DNA from: Spirochaetia bacterium
GTDB lineage: Bacteria > Spirochaetota > Spirochaetia > CAKZLE01
NCBI GenBank assembly: GCA_963677595.1
Contig: OY782041.1
Location: 1,312,001-1,376,000 of the forward strand
Reading direction: 5' to 3'
Length of the DNA stretch: 64,000 bases
Shown: one piece after another, positions 28,966 to 38,915 of the stretch
Position numbering within the stretch: the first letter of the stretch is position 1
How the letters are laid out: every line of letters begins with the position of its first letter
Notes under the pieces: generated by a model
Seen by the model: the letters and a program-made list of their open reading frames with translations, nothing else
Databases searched by the model: none
What the model was told of the DNA's origin: nothing
Program-made: the position numbers and the translations under genes

Positions 28966-30390
28966 TCAGACATCTTCCTGTCCCATCATATCCTTTTCAG
29001 GATCCTTGGTCACACTTCGCTCCTTCAGGTTCCTCGGCAGGATGATATTCAGGAATATCGCGGCAAGACCACCGGTGGTGATCGGGGAACCGAACATGCT
29101 GGCGAAGAATGAGTTGAAGCTGCTGAGTACCTGCGGTACCAGCACGACGCCGAAACCGAGCCCGAGGCTGATCGCGATGATCAGGACACCCCGTCGGTTG
29201 ATCGTGCTCGTGGCGATGATCCTGATGCCGCTGGCAGCGATGGTACCGGCCATGACGATCATGGCTCCGCCAATGACGGAACTCGGGATGATGCTGAACA
29301 CGCCGCCGACGATCGGGAAGAGCCCGAAGATAGCGAGGAGGGCAGCGATGAACATACCCACGTAGCGTGAAGCGACACCGGTCATCTGGATGACCCCGTT
29401 GTTCTGGCTGAAGGTGGTGTTGGGGAAGCTGTTGAAGATACCTGCGATCGCGGAGTTGATACCGTCACCGAGGATACCGCCGGAGATCCGCTTCATGTAG
29501 ACCTCGCCTTCCACAGGCTCACCAGAGATCATGCTGGTAGCGGTCAGGTCGCCCATACTCTCCACGGTCGTGATCAGATAGAGCAGGCCCATCGGGATCA
29601 CGTACGGCCAGGAGATGGCGAACCCGTAGCGGAACGGGATAGGTGCCGTGATGATGCCGAGATCGCCCATGGCACCGAAGTTCACCTTCCCGAGGATGGC
29701 TGCCACGATATAGCCGACCATCATACCGAGGAAGATGGAGCCCATTCGCAGCCACTTGTTATTTGAGCGGTTGAAGATGACGATAGAGATCAATACGATA
29801 GCGGCAAGCATCAGGTTGTCCCATGCCCCGTAGAGCTCGGGTTTGTTTGACAGCAGCCATGACCCGCCGCCGACATCGGTGATCCCGACCTTGATCAGGT
29901 TGAACCCGATCAACAGGACGACGATACCGCTCACGAGCGGGGTGATGATCCTCTTCAGGAAATGGACGAACCGGCTAAAGATGATCTCAACGACCGAACA
30001 TACGATGACCGTACCGAAGATCGACGCCATCATCTGCTCCTGGGAACCCCCTGAAGCTTTCACGTGGAACCCGATGGCCAGGATGGTAGCCAGGAAGGTG
30101 AAACTGGTCCCCTGGATGGAGAGCAGCCCGGAACCTACCGGCCCGATCTTCTTGACCTGGATGAATGTCGCGATACCTGAAACCAGCAGCGACATGGAGA
30201 TCAGGTAGCTCTTCATACTCGCATCTACACCGAGTGCACCTGATATGACGATCGCTGGGGTAACGATCCCAAGAAAGATTGCAGCCATATGCTGCAGGGC
30301 AGCGACCAGCGCCTGCCCGAACGGCGGTCGATCCTCAAGCCCGAAGATCAATTCGGCCCGAGCCTCCTCCATAGAAGCATGTTTGCTCAT
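28966..30390 (-). CDS. NCS2 xanthine/uracil permease
   Basis: LQH in TM1, ESMGD, NAT signature TTFSQNNGVIQMTG. Confidence 0.93.
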   Translation of the reverse strand: MSKHASMEEARAELIFGLEDRPPFGQALVAALQHMAAIFLGIVTPAIVISGALGVDASMKSYLISMSLLVSGIATFIQVKKIGPVGSGLLSIQGTSFTFLATILAIGFHVKASGGSQEQMMASIFGTVIVCSVVEIIFSRFVHFLKRIITPLVSGIVVLLIGFNLIKVGITDVGGGSWLLSNKPELYGAWDNLMLAAIVLISIVIFNRSNNKWLRMGSIFLGMMVGYIVAAILGKVNFGAMGDLGIITAPIPFRYGFAISWPYVIPMGLLYLITTVESMGDLTATSMISGEPVEGEVYMKRISGGILGDGINSAIAGIFNSFPNTTFSQNNGVIQMTGVASRYVGMFIAALLAIFGLFPIVGGVFSIIPSSVIGGAMIVMAGTIAASGIRIIATSTINRRGVLIIAISLGLGFGVVLVPQVLSSFNSFFASMFGSPITTGGLAAIFLNIILPRNLKERSVTKDPEKDMMGQEDV

Positions 30391-30584
30391 AGAAGCCTCC
30401 AGAATGTGATTGTATTAAACCTTAGTGTAGCACAAGATACCGATATCGAAAAGGAAATTGTTTCATTATGTTGCATTAGATATAATATTATCGTATAAAG
30501 CCTGGCCTTAGCCCTCCCCCGAACCCAACCCCATCTATAGGGTACTCCGGCGATAATAGAAATCCTCATAGAGTTCGACAACAA

Positions 30585-30606
30585 ATCCTGTACAGGATCC
30601 TGCACA
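30585..30606 (+). promoter_or_regulatory. Probable YefM operator
   Basis: Palindrome ATCCTGTACAGGAT followed by TGCACA; the TGTACA-like cores are 12 bp apart. Confidence 0.65.
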
Positions 30607-30634
30607 TACAGTATAGTATACAGAGGAGGAAGTC

Positions 30635-30889
30635 ATGCGAATCATGTCGTATACCAACGCCAGGAACAATCTCAGGCAGCTGATCGATGATGTGGTAGAC
30701 ACTTCGTCAGAGACGGTCATCACGTCCAAGGAAGGCAGGGACGTTGTAGTCATGTCCCTTGCGGACTACAACGGCTGGACTACCACCAACCACCTGCTGA
30801 GCACACCGATGAATGCAAGTCGCCTGCTGCAGGCCGTCCAGGATGTTAAAGAAGGTAAGATCATACAGCGGGATCCCATAGATGAGTAG
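30635..30889 (+). CDS. yefM: YefM/Phd antitoxin
   Basis: SYTNARNNL, VVMSLADYN, HLLSTPMNASRL. Confidence 0.9.
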   Translation: MRIMSYTNARNNLRQLIDDVVDTSSETVITSKEGRDVVVMSLADYNGWTTTNHLLSTPMNASRLLQAVQDVKEGKIIQRDPIDE

Positions 30890-31142
30890 AGGGGTCTACT
30901 GGCATGAGTCCGCATGGGAAGATTACGAGTACTGGCAAAGCCAGGACCGAAAGACCCTGAAGAAGATCAATACACTCATCAAGGCAGCCCGGCGGGCACC
31001 GGAGGAAGGGGCAGAACGGTTGAAGGGCGACCTCTCAGGATTCTTCTCCCGGCATATAAACAAGAAGGATGTGCTGGTCTATACCTACGATGATGACTCG
31101 ATCACCATCATACAGTGCCGTTTCCATTATTCCGATACGTGA
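30882..31142 (+). CDS. yoeB: YoeB/Txe toxin
   Basis: AWEDYEYWQSQDRKTLKKIN, LKGDLSGFFSR, CRFHY; overlaps yefM. Confidence 0.9.
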   Translation: MSRGVYWHESAWEDYEYWQSQDRKTLKKINTLIKAARRAPEEGAERLKGDLSGFFSRHINKKDVLVYTYDDDSITIIQCRFHYSDT

Positions 31143-31307
31143 AATGCCGGTACAAGAATGATGAGCAAGCTGGTGCAGCCCCGACAGAAACCAGTAACAT
31201 ACCACCGACACCTTGCTTCTACTTAGTGAATCATGGCAATCACGCAATCCGGCAATTGTGTTTTACCCGATTCTGTTGTAAAATGTTGCAAAATACAGAG
31301 GGAGTCT

Positions 31308-33566
31308 ATGACAGAAGGAAAGACGTTTCGAAATGACGGTTACGCAAAAGTAACAGGAAGGGCTGCATACGCGGATGACATCGCATTCGCGGGGACACTC
31401 CATATGGTCCCGGTCTACTCGGACTACATCGCAGCGAAGCATGTCCGTATCGATACTTCGAAGGCAGAGGCCCTGCCCGGCTGCGTACGGGTACTCACCG
31501 CAGAGGACGTTCCCGGTTCACCGAGCTTCGGGCAGATCGAACGGGACTACCCCATCCTCATCACCGATACCATCCGGTCCTGGGGTGATGTAGTCGCCCT
31601 GGCTGTCGCGGAGACCCGGGAGATCGCCCTACAGGCCGCAGGGCTGGTCGAGATCACGGCAGACCCGGTCAAGCCGGTCCTGTCGGTGGAGGAGGCATTG
31701 TCGCCCTATGCACGGACGGTCCCGGGCTATGGGGACTCCAACATCGTCGTCCACCACAAGATGCGCCACGGGGACCCGGACCCCCTCTTCGATACATGCG
31801 AGCTGGTCCTTGAGGAGGACTTCTCCACCCAGACGATAGAACAGGGTTACATGGAGCCGGAATCGGCTATCTGCGTCCCCCGTTCTGACGGGGTCATCGA
31901 GATCTACGGCTCCATGCAGCATCCCTTCAGCACGAGACGGTTCACCGGGGCCCTTCTCGGAGAACCCCTCTCGAACATTGAGGTCTATACCATCGCCGTC
32001 GGCGGCGGGTTCGGCGGGAAGGACGACACAGCAGCCTGCGTCTGTGCACGGGCAGCCCTCGGCGCCCGCCTCCTGCGCAGGCCGGTAAAGATGACCTATG
32101 CCAGGGAGTGGTCCATACGGGAATCCTACAAGCGCCACCCCTATAAGCTCCATTACAAGGTCGGTGTGAGCAGCGAAGGACGCATCGAGGCAGTGAAGAC
32201 CGAGATGTATGCCGATTCAGGCGCCTACCTCTCAGTCACCCCCTGGGTCACCTGGAGATCCACTGCACAGTGCTGCGGCCCCTACTCCGTCGACCATGTC
32301 CATGCCGACGTCTACGGTGTCGCGACCAACAACCTCTTCACCGGGGCTATGAGGGGATTCGGCTCCCCGCAGGTCAACTTCGCCATGGAGCAGATCATCG
32401 ACATGATCGCCGAGAAGCTGAGCATCCACCCGCTCGGCCTCAGGCGGATCAACATGGTGAAGCAGGGCTCTGCCACCGTCACCGGCCAGGTGCTGGACGA
32501 CCATACGGTCAGCATGGAAGAGGTCATGAACAAGACGGTGGAGACCATCGGCTACCGGAAGAAATACGAGAAATGCTCACGGGGCAAGAGTGAGTCAGAT
32601 GAGCTCTACGGCATCGGGCTCGCGATCAGCTACCGAGGTTCCAGCCTCGGTGCCGAAGGCATGGACTTCTGCTCGGCCATCATCAACGGGCAGTATGACG
32701 GCTCCATCCTGGTAGAGACCGGCATCCACGAGAACGGGCAGGGTTCCGAGTCGGTCATGATGCTGGTCCTCGCAGAGGAGCTGGGTGTGAACCTGAAGCG
32801 TATCAGGTACCGACGCTCATCGACGAGCAACATCCCGGACAGCGGCACCACGGTGGCCACGAGGGGCACGATCATGGGATCGAGCTCGGTCGTCATCGCC
32901 GCAAAACAGTTCAAGGAACTGCTCTCCACCCATCTTGCCGAACGTCTGAAGTGTACACCTGAAGAGGTGACCTTCCACAGTGACAAGATCTGGGGCAAGA
33001 CCTTCGACCAGAGCCTTACCTGGGAAGAGGCCATGAAGGAGCTCTTCCTCCAACGGGTCACCCCCTATGCCTTCGGGACCTTCCAGGCCCCGGATGTGAG
33101 CTGGGATGACACTACCGGCCAGGGGAATGCCTACTTCACCTATGTATACAGCTGCCAGGCAGCAGAGGTCTCGGTGAACCGGAAGACCGGCAAGATCACC
33201 CTCCTCAATATCGTGGCATCCCATGATATCGGGAAGGCGATCAACAAGTCGATGCTCCTCGGCCAGATCTACGGCGGGATCACCCAGGGTGTCGGGATGG
33301 CGCTCATGGAAGAGGTGACCTCGGAAGAAGGGAGGACCACGAGCCTCAACTTCGATAAATACAAGATCCCAAGGACCACCGACCTGCCGGAGATGACCGG
33401 GGTCATCGTGGAGAACTACGACGAGCATTCACTGACCGGTGCCAAGGGTATCGGGGAGCCTGCACTCGAGCTGATCGCCCCGGCGATCGCCAATGCTGTC
33501 TACAACGCGACCGGTATCCGCTGCAAGTCGATGCCGTTGACAATCAACCCGGAGGACCTTGCATGA
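31308..33566 (+). CDS. Xanthine dehydrogenase family molybdopterin-binding subunit
   Basis: KVTGRAAYADD, VGGGFGGK, AMRGFGSPQ, GQG, AKGIGE; start at the ATG after GGGAG. Confidence 0.92.
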   Translation: MTEGKTFRNDGYAKVTGRAAYADDIAFAGTLHMVPVYSDYIAAKHVRIDTSKAEALPGCVRVLTAEDVPGSPSFGQIERDYPILITDTIRSWGDVVALAVAETREIALQAAGLVEITADPVKPVLSVEEALSPYARTVPGYGDSNIVVHHKMRHGDPDPLFDTCELVLEEDFSTQTIEQGYMEPESAICVPRSDGVIEIYGSMQHPFSTRRFTGALLGEPLSNIEVYTIAVGGGFGGKDDTAACVCARAALGARLLRRPVKMTYAREWSIRESYKRHPYKLHYKVGVSSEGRIEAVKTEMYADSGAYLSVTPWVTWRSTAQCCGPYSVDHVHADVYGVATNNLFTGAMRGFGSPQVNFAMEQIIDMIAEKLSIHPLGLRRINMVKQGSATVTGQVLDDHTVSMEEVMNKTVETIGYRKKYEKCSRGKSESDELYGIGLAISYRGSSLGAEGMDFCSAIINGQYDGSILVETGIHENGQGSESVMMLVLAEELGVNLKRIRYRRSSTSNIPDSGTTVATRGTIMGSSSVVIAAKQFKELLSTHLAERLKCTPEEVTFHSDKIWGKTFDQSLTWEEAMKELFLQRVTPYAFGTFQAPDVSWDDTTGQGNAYFTYVYSCQAAEVSVNRKTGKITLLNIVASHDIGKAINKSMLLGQIYGGITQGVGMALMEEVTSEEGRTTSLNFDKYKIPRTTDLPEMTGVIVENYDEHSLTGAKGIGEPALELIAPAIANAVYNATGIRCKSMPLTINPEDLA

Positions 33567-34066
33567 GCAATACCATCACCATAAACAATAAGGCGGTCAC
33601 GATCACCGATGACCAGCTGGGCATGTCATTACTCCACTTCCTGCGCGAGCAGCAGTTCCTCAACGGCGTGAAGAATGGCTGTGAGAAGGGGCTGTGCGGA
33701 AGCTGCACCATCTCCCTTGACGACAGGGCGGTCCGTTCCTGCAAGCTGAAGGTAGAGAAGGCGGTCGGGAAGTCAATCATCACGGTGGAGGGGATGGAGT
33801 TCGCTGACGGGTCTCTCCACCCGATCCAGCAGGCATTCATCGATGCGGGAGCCGTGCAGTGCGGGTTCTGTACCCCGGGCATGATCATGTCATCCTATAC
33901 CCTGCTGCTGAAGAACAGCCACCCTACCAGGGAGGAGATCAGGAAGGCCCTGAGGGGAAACCTCTGCAGGTGCACGGGCTACCAACAGATCATCGATGCG
34001 GTGCAGATCGCCGCGAAGTATATCGATGAGCAGGGGCTCTCCCCGCTGGCAGGCTGCCTGCAGTAG
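33563..34066 (+). CDS. Xanthine dehydrogenase family 2Fe-2S subunit
   Basis: GCEKGLCGSC, QCGFCTPG, NLCRCTGY. Confidence 0.93.
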   Translation: MSNTITINNKAVTITDDQLGMSLLHFLREQQFLNGVKNGCEKGLCGSCTISLDDRAVRSCKLKVEKAVGKSIITVEGMEFADGSLHPIQQAFIDAGAVQCGFCTPGMIMSSYTLLLKNSHPTREEIRKALRGNLCRCTGYQQIIDAVQIAAKYIDEQGLSPLAGCLQ

Positions 34067-34088
34067 AGCCAAGAGAGCTGGACAAAAC

Positions 34089-34129
34089 ACAACGAGGGGT
34101 ATCATCATGATGGTGATACCCCTCGTTGT
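34089..34129. terminator. Long hairpin downstream of the XDH genes
   Basis: ACAACGAGGGGTATCA-N9-TGATACCCCTCGTTGT, a 16-bp perfect stem. Confidence 0.65.
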
Positions 34130-34138
34130 ATAAGGATG

Positions 34139-34220
34139 AAAAAAAATAGAGGCTGCCGATCCCTGACGACAGCCCCTGAAGAAAGTATGGCAGCAGATAA
34201 CCCTTAACAATCTTGCTACA
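34139..34220 (-). ncRNA. Candidate small RNA of about 80 nt
   Basis: Minus-strand promoter TTTACA-17bp-TATATT with extended TG (34254-34226), then about 80 nt ending in a GC stem and T8; no SD or credible ORF. Confidence 0.45.
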
Positions 34221-34401
34221 CTTGTAATATAACATAGTTCACTAGTTTTGTAAACATTAAAAGAGAAGAATCTCCCCCAATTGTTGACCCTGCTCCTTCC
34301 TGGACCGAAGCTGCCTCCAAGGTTTCTCGGAAAGCAGATTCTGATACCGCTTTTGTTGAAAACCGTGGTATCATATTCTATCTTTTTCACACATAGGGAA
34401 G

Positions 34402-35337
34402 ATGTATATGATCCGACACCTCACCGTGATCCTGAACCCCGTTGCCGCCAACGGGTTCGCAGAACAGAAGATACCCGAGATACGAACACGCCTGGATGCC
34501 CATACTGTACCCTACACGATGCTCTTGACCGAGTATCCCGGGCATGCGAAGGAACTTGCCATACAGGTCTCGGAGCAAGGAGAGACGGCAGTCGTCGCTG
34601 CCGGCGGGGACGGGACGATCAACGAGGTCATCAACGGGCTCATGGAGCAGACCGCGGTGAAGCAGCCATTCCTGGGGATCATCCCAATCGGCCGGGGGAA
34701 TGACTTCGCCTTCGGGGTATCGATCCCGAAGGACCTGGATGCCGCCCTCGATATCATCTGTGACGGGTTCACGAAGCATATCGACATCGGGCAGGTCAAG
34801 GGCGGGGACTATCCCGACGGCAGGTGGTTCGGCAACGGGATCGGTATCGGCTTCGATACCATCGTAGGGCTTGAAGCCGCGAAGATGAAGCACCTGCACG
34901 GCGCTGCCGGCTATATCTTCGGGGCACTAAAGACCCTCATCCTCTACCCGAAGGCCCCTACGCTCACGATAACCCATGACAACGGCATCGAATCCCTCAC
35001 CCCGGCACTCGTCTCGATCATGAACGGGCAGAGGATGGGAGGTTCGTTCCTCATGGCCCCCGAGGGGGACCCGACCGATGGACTCTTCAACCTCTGCATG
35101 ACAGATCAAGGCAGACGCGGGCGGCTCCTCAAGGACATGCTGCACTACTTCAAGGGCACACAGGCCTCACTTGATGATACCTATACCCTCAAGTCGACAG
35201 CCTACCGGATCACTGCCGAGGAAGGGACCATGGCAGTCCATGCCGACGGCGAGACCATCTGCATAGCTGGGACCTCCCTCGAGGTGACCTGCCATCACCA
35301 TGCGGTGCAGCTGTTATCAGGGAAGGATGATGCATGA
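34402..35337 (+). CDS. Diacylglycerol kinase family lipid kinase
   Basis: NPVA, GGDGTINEV, GRGNDFA, ADGE. Confidence 0.92.
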   Translation: MYMIRHLTVILNPVAANGFAEQKIPEIRTRLDAHTVPYTMLLTEYPGHAKELAIQVSEQGETAVVAAGGDGTINEVINGLMEQTAVKQPFLGIIPIGRGNDFAFGVSIPKDLDAALDIICDGFTKHIDIGQVKGGDYPDGRWFGNGIGIGFDTIVGLEAAKMKHLHGAAGYIFGALKTLILYPKAPTLTITHDNGIESLTPALVSIMNGQRMGGSFLMAPEGDPTDGLFNLCMTDQGRRGRLLKDMLHYFKGTQASLDDTYTLKSTAYRITAEEGTMAVHADGETICIAGTSLEVTCHHHAVQLLSGKDDA

Positions 35338-36008
35338 CGCTCCAGGGAAGACTGGTCACCGAGTGTATCAGGGGGATCCTGAAAGTCATCTGCTCGATCG
35401 ACAGCCGGGAGATGGCAGGCGTGCCTGCAGAGGGGCCCCTCATCGTCATGGTCAACCATATCAACTTCCTCGAGGTACCGATCTTGAGCACGAAGATGCT
35501 CCCAAGAGATTTCCGCGCTCTGACCAAGCAGGAGACCTGGGACCACCCCTTCTTCCGGATCCTTGCCGAGAACTGGGGAGGCATCCCGCTCGACCGGGAG
35601 AACCCCGGGGTCGAGTCCTTCAGGAGGTCCCTGGAGAGCCTCAAGGAGAACAAGATCCTCCTGATCGCCCCGGAAGGGACCCGGACGGGGGACGGGATCC
35701 TGCGAGAGGGACACCCGGGCATCGCAAGCCTCGCCCTGAAGAGCGGGGCCCCCGTGCTTCCCGTAGCCCATTACGGGGGCGAGCAGTTCTGGACGAACAT
35801 CAAGCGGCTCCGTAGGACAAGGGTCACCATCAGGATCGGAGAACCAATCATGATCGAGAAACCCGACACACTCAACCGGCAGGCGAAACGGGAGATCACC
35901 GACCAGCTCATGTACGAGCTTGCCTCCCTCATGCCGGAACCCTATCGCGGGCACTACCGGGAGCCGAAACCATTCAACCAGTCATATCTCAGGAAAGCAG
36001 CGGAATAA
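35334..36008 (+). CDS. Lysophospholipid acyltransferase (PlsC-like)
   Basis: NHINFLE, PEGTR. Confidence 0.88.
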   Translation: MTLQGRLVTECIRGILKVICSIDSREMAGVPAEGPLIVMVNHINFLEVPILSTKMLPRDFRALTKQETWDHPFFRILAENWGGIPLDRENPGVESFRRSLESLKENKILLIAPEGTRTGDGILREGHPGIASLALKSGAPVLPVAHYGGEQFWTNIKRLRRTRVTIRIGEPIMIEKPDTLNRQAKREITDQLMYELASLMPEPYRGHYREPKPFNQSYLRKAAE

Positions 36009-36010
36009 AC

Positions 36011-36053
36011 AAAAAGGGACTGCCTCACAATCTTACTTGTGCAGCAGTCCCTG
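36011..36053. terminator. Hairpin terminator between the convergent plsC-like and pck genes
   Basis: AAAAAGGGACTGC...GCAGTCCCT. Confidence 0.55.
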
Positions 36054-36084
36054 TCTTGTTATGTGCTAGAAACTCAGGTACAAA

Positions 36085-38004
36085 TTAGCAGCAGCAGTTA
36101 CCACCGCAGCTGTATGCTCCCGGGAGGATCTCAGCGCCGAAGTCAGCCTTAGCCTTAGTGATCTTGGCAATAGCCTCATCCCACTTGGTGATGATGTACT
36201 CGGGGCAGTTGACATCCATCTTGGTGTAGAATGCCTTTGACCTCTCGAGCTTGGCGATCCACTTGTCACATCGGAATGTGAACTGGTAGGTGTACTCCTC
36301 GAGGGTGTAGTCGAGGTCGAGGTACTTCTTGAAGAGTACCTTGAGGTCCTCGAACAGCGGGATCTTACCGGTAGGAGTCGATACAGCATCGTACTCGCCG
36401 TGTACTCGACCCTCTGCCCAGTGCAGCCATACTTTCTTTGCAAGTTTGTCTGTGCAGAACTTGCCTTCAGTAGTCCTGAGGAAGTAGTTGGTTGAGAATA
36501 CCTTCGGAACTTCAGTCATGTTCTCCACGAACTTGATGTTGTTCAGGGTATACTCACCGAGGGGATAGGAGACGAAGTCCATGTTGGCCATCGGGCTCGG
36601 GGTCCGGACACCCTCAGCACCCAGGGTAGCTGAAGTGGTCTCTGACTCGAGGGTAGCAGCCTTGAGGAGGATACCGTCTTCCCATGATGATGATTCCTCT
36701 ACTGGAACGGTAGTGTCGCTGTCACGACCGCCGTACAGGATACCTTCGAGCTTGACGCCTTCTTTTGCCTCGAACCCTTCCTTGTCGAAGTTGTCGAGGT
36801 AGTCGAGCCTCATGGTGTATCGTGCGTTACCGTGGGCCACGCCGATCTCATTGCCCTTCGCATCCTTCTTGCCGACAGACCAGTCAGAACCTGAGTGGTT
36901 GTCACCGGTGTCGGGGGTCTCGAGGCCGGAACCGAGCCAGTAGGGCTCATTGTCCGGTCCACGGAGAACGTTGGAGAAGATGACTTCCTGTCCCTTCATG
37001 AGGTTCTCGAAGATTACCGGGTCGTCCTTCTCGTTCACATCCTTGATGATACCGAAGATACCCTGCTCGACGTTGACGCCACGGAACTCACCGTTGATGT
37101 TCCTGAAGTACGCGATATCGTCACCGACGATCTGCTCGCCGGGGATCATTGCAGTAGAGGTCTTCCCGCATGCTGAAGGGTAAGCACCAGCGAAGTAGGT
37201 CTTCCGTCCTGCTTCCTCGTTGAGACAAGCCATGACGAACATGTGCTCGCAGAGCCATCCCTCTTCACCAGCCTTGTTGATAGCAAGACGCATCGAGTGC
37301 TTCTTGAGGCCGACTGAGTTACCAGCATACTGTGCGTTCATCGAGTAGACGATGTTATTCTGGGTGTCCATGTAGATCCTTCTCTTGTCGAGATTGACTG
37401 AACATCCCCTCTCATCCTGCGGGCCTGCTGAGTGGATGAACTGGAAGAAGTCGTCCTTCTCCTCATCCTTCATGCCCTTGAAGTGCTCGTAAGCGGGTCG
37501 GTAGAGAATAGCCTCTGAGTGAGCGACGTACCATGAGTCTGTGAACTGTACACAGGGGATGGTGAACTCTGAGAACGCAGGTCCCTCGCAGAAGAACTTC
37601 ACGACGGTGTCTTTACCAGCCATGTTGTCCTTAGCGATCCCCATGATCTCTGCAAGTCCGTCTTCATAAGCTACGGAGTTGAGAGAAGCCATCTTCTTGA
37701 GGTTCTCTTTGTAAACCATGTATTTCGTGTTGACCTTGTCACGTGCCTGGTCACCGTAACCGTCCCAGTGGATGGTCTGCTCATCTTTAGCAAGATTGAA
37801 CTCCTCGCCCTTCTCGATTGCCATCTTCCTGATGTACATCTCGTCTTCCTTGCTGTCGTCACAGACATAGATAGAAGCAGGGTTGCAGTGCTCGGCGAAC
37901 TTTCCGACAAAGTCCATCACTTTCTGGTTCTCGAGAACAGCGAGTTTCTGGAATGACTCCTCGCTCATTTTGCCTTTCAGCAGATCCGTATACTTTGAAT
38001 CCAT
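36085..38004 (-). CDS. pckG: GTP-dependent phosphoenolpyruvate carboxykinase
   Basis: YAGNSVGLKK, WLCEHM, PSACGKTS, VGDDIA, GGRD. Confidence 0.92.
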   Translation of the reverse strand: MDSKYTDLLKGKMSEESFQKLAVLENQKVMDFVGKFAEHCNPASIYVCDDSKEDEMYIRKMAIEKGEEFNLAKDEQTIHWDGYGDQARDKVNTKYMVYKENLKKMASLNSVAYEDGLAEIMGIAKDNMAGKDTVVKFFCEGPAFSEFTIPCVQFTDSWYVAHSEAILYRPAYEHFKGMKDEEKDDFFQFIHSAGPQDERGCSVNLDKRRIYMDTQNNIVYSMNAQYAGNSVGLKKHSMRLAINKAGEEGWLCEHMFVMACLNEEAGRKTYFAGAYPSACGKTSTAMIPGEQIVGDDIAYFRNINGEFRGVNVEQGIFGIIKDVNEKDDPVIFENLMKGQEVIFSNVLRGPDNEPYWLGSGLETPDTGDNHSGSDWSVGKKDAKGNEIGVAHGNARYTMRLDYLDNFDKEGFEAKEGVKLEGILYGGRDSDTTVPVEESSSWEDGILLKAATLESETTSATLGAEGVRTPSPMANMDFVSYPLGEYTLNNIKFVENMTEVPKVFSTNYFLRTTEGKFCTDKLAKKVWLHWAEGRVHGEYDAVSTPTGKIPLFEDLKVLFKKYLDLDYTLEEYTYQFTFRCDKWIAKLERSKAFYTKMDVNCPEYIITKWDEAIAKITKAKADFGAEILPGAYSCGGNCCC

Positions 38005-38126
38005 TTATATTACTCCTGTGATAAAAGTTATCCACAATGATATTACCTGTTTCTTTACAACAAGTTCAAGACGTTTTCCATGCGGAGCGCGATATTTTTC
38101 TAGATGAGAATGATTTGCAAGAAGGA

Positions 38127-38915
38127 TCAGCCCTGGAAGGTGAGCCAATCGGCTAAAGATTCAAGCTTTTCTTGCGTGACTCCTGCCATCTGTGTCACAT
38201 ACCCGGCAAACCCGTTGAATCTTGATGAGATCGTGTGCAGCAGCGCAGCCATGGCCTCTTCTGAGACGGTGAGGAACGGCATCGCCACCTCCGGGGGAAT
38301 ATCGAGGCCGTACTCTGAGTTGAACCTCCGCAGGTACCGTGAGAGGAGCGCCGCATCCTCCTCGGGCGTCTTCCTGCTCTTCAGGAAGTCGCGAAGTATC
38401 CCCTCCTCGGTCACCCCGACCGAACCGAGCAGGACGGCAGTGAGGAAGCCGGTGCGGTCCTTCCCCCCCGCACAGTGCACGAGGAAGCTTCCCTCAGGCT
38501 TGGAGGCTATGAGTTCGACCACCTTCCGCACCTCTCCGGTGCACTGGGCCGGCAGCTCCCGGTAGCTCTCCGTGATATAGCCGGGGACATCGACCGAACC
38601 CGGGTCAGCGGAAGCCTGTTCATAGACCGCAATGACCTGCTCGAGCCCGAGGCGCCCTGCGCTCATGTCGATATGGTGGTTCTCGATCCCCGCGATCTCC
38701 GGGTCTGGCTGGACCAGCCGTTCCCGGGCAGACCGGAGGTCTATGATGTCGGTGATGCCAAGATCCCTGATCGTTACCAATTCTTCATCTTCGAGGCCAT
38801 GGATCTTACCCATCCGGTAGAGCCGTCCCGGGCGAAGTCGTGCCCCGTACCCGTCAGCGAGATCTGATGCATCCCGGAAGTTATGTCGTTTGCGTAGCGT
38901 CTCCAATGGTCCCAT
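38127..38915 (-). CDS. Tyrosine-protein phosphatase (Y_phosphatase3 type)
   Basis: NFRD, IDLRS, HCAGGKDRTG. Confidence 0.9.
   Translation of the reverse strand: MGPLETLRKRHNFRDASDLADGYGARLRPGRLYRMGKIHGLEDEELVTIRDLGITDIIDLRSARERLVQPDPEIAGIENHHIDMSAGRLGLEQVIAVYEQASADPGSVDVPGYITESYRELPAQCTGEVRKVVELIASKPEGSFLVHCAGGKDRTGFLTAVLLGSVGVTEEGILRDFLKSRKTPEEDAALLSRYLRRFNSEYGLDIPPEVAMPFLTVSEEAMAALLHTISSRFNGFAGYVTQMAGVTQEKLESLADWLTFQG

Noticed and set aside
30486-30558. Possible purine or xanthine riboswitch upstream of the NCS2 permease (TATTATCG/CGATAATA stem)
   Set aside because: Lacks the conserved purine-riboswitch core, and a likely -10 element lies closer to the gene, placing the stem outside the leader.
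33890-34703. ORFs of 166 aa and 140 aa spanning the XDH to DAG-kinase intergenic region
   Set aside because: They overlap real genes and hairpins, with no SD or protein-like composition.
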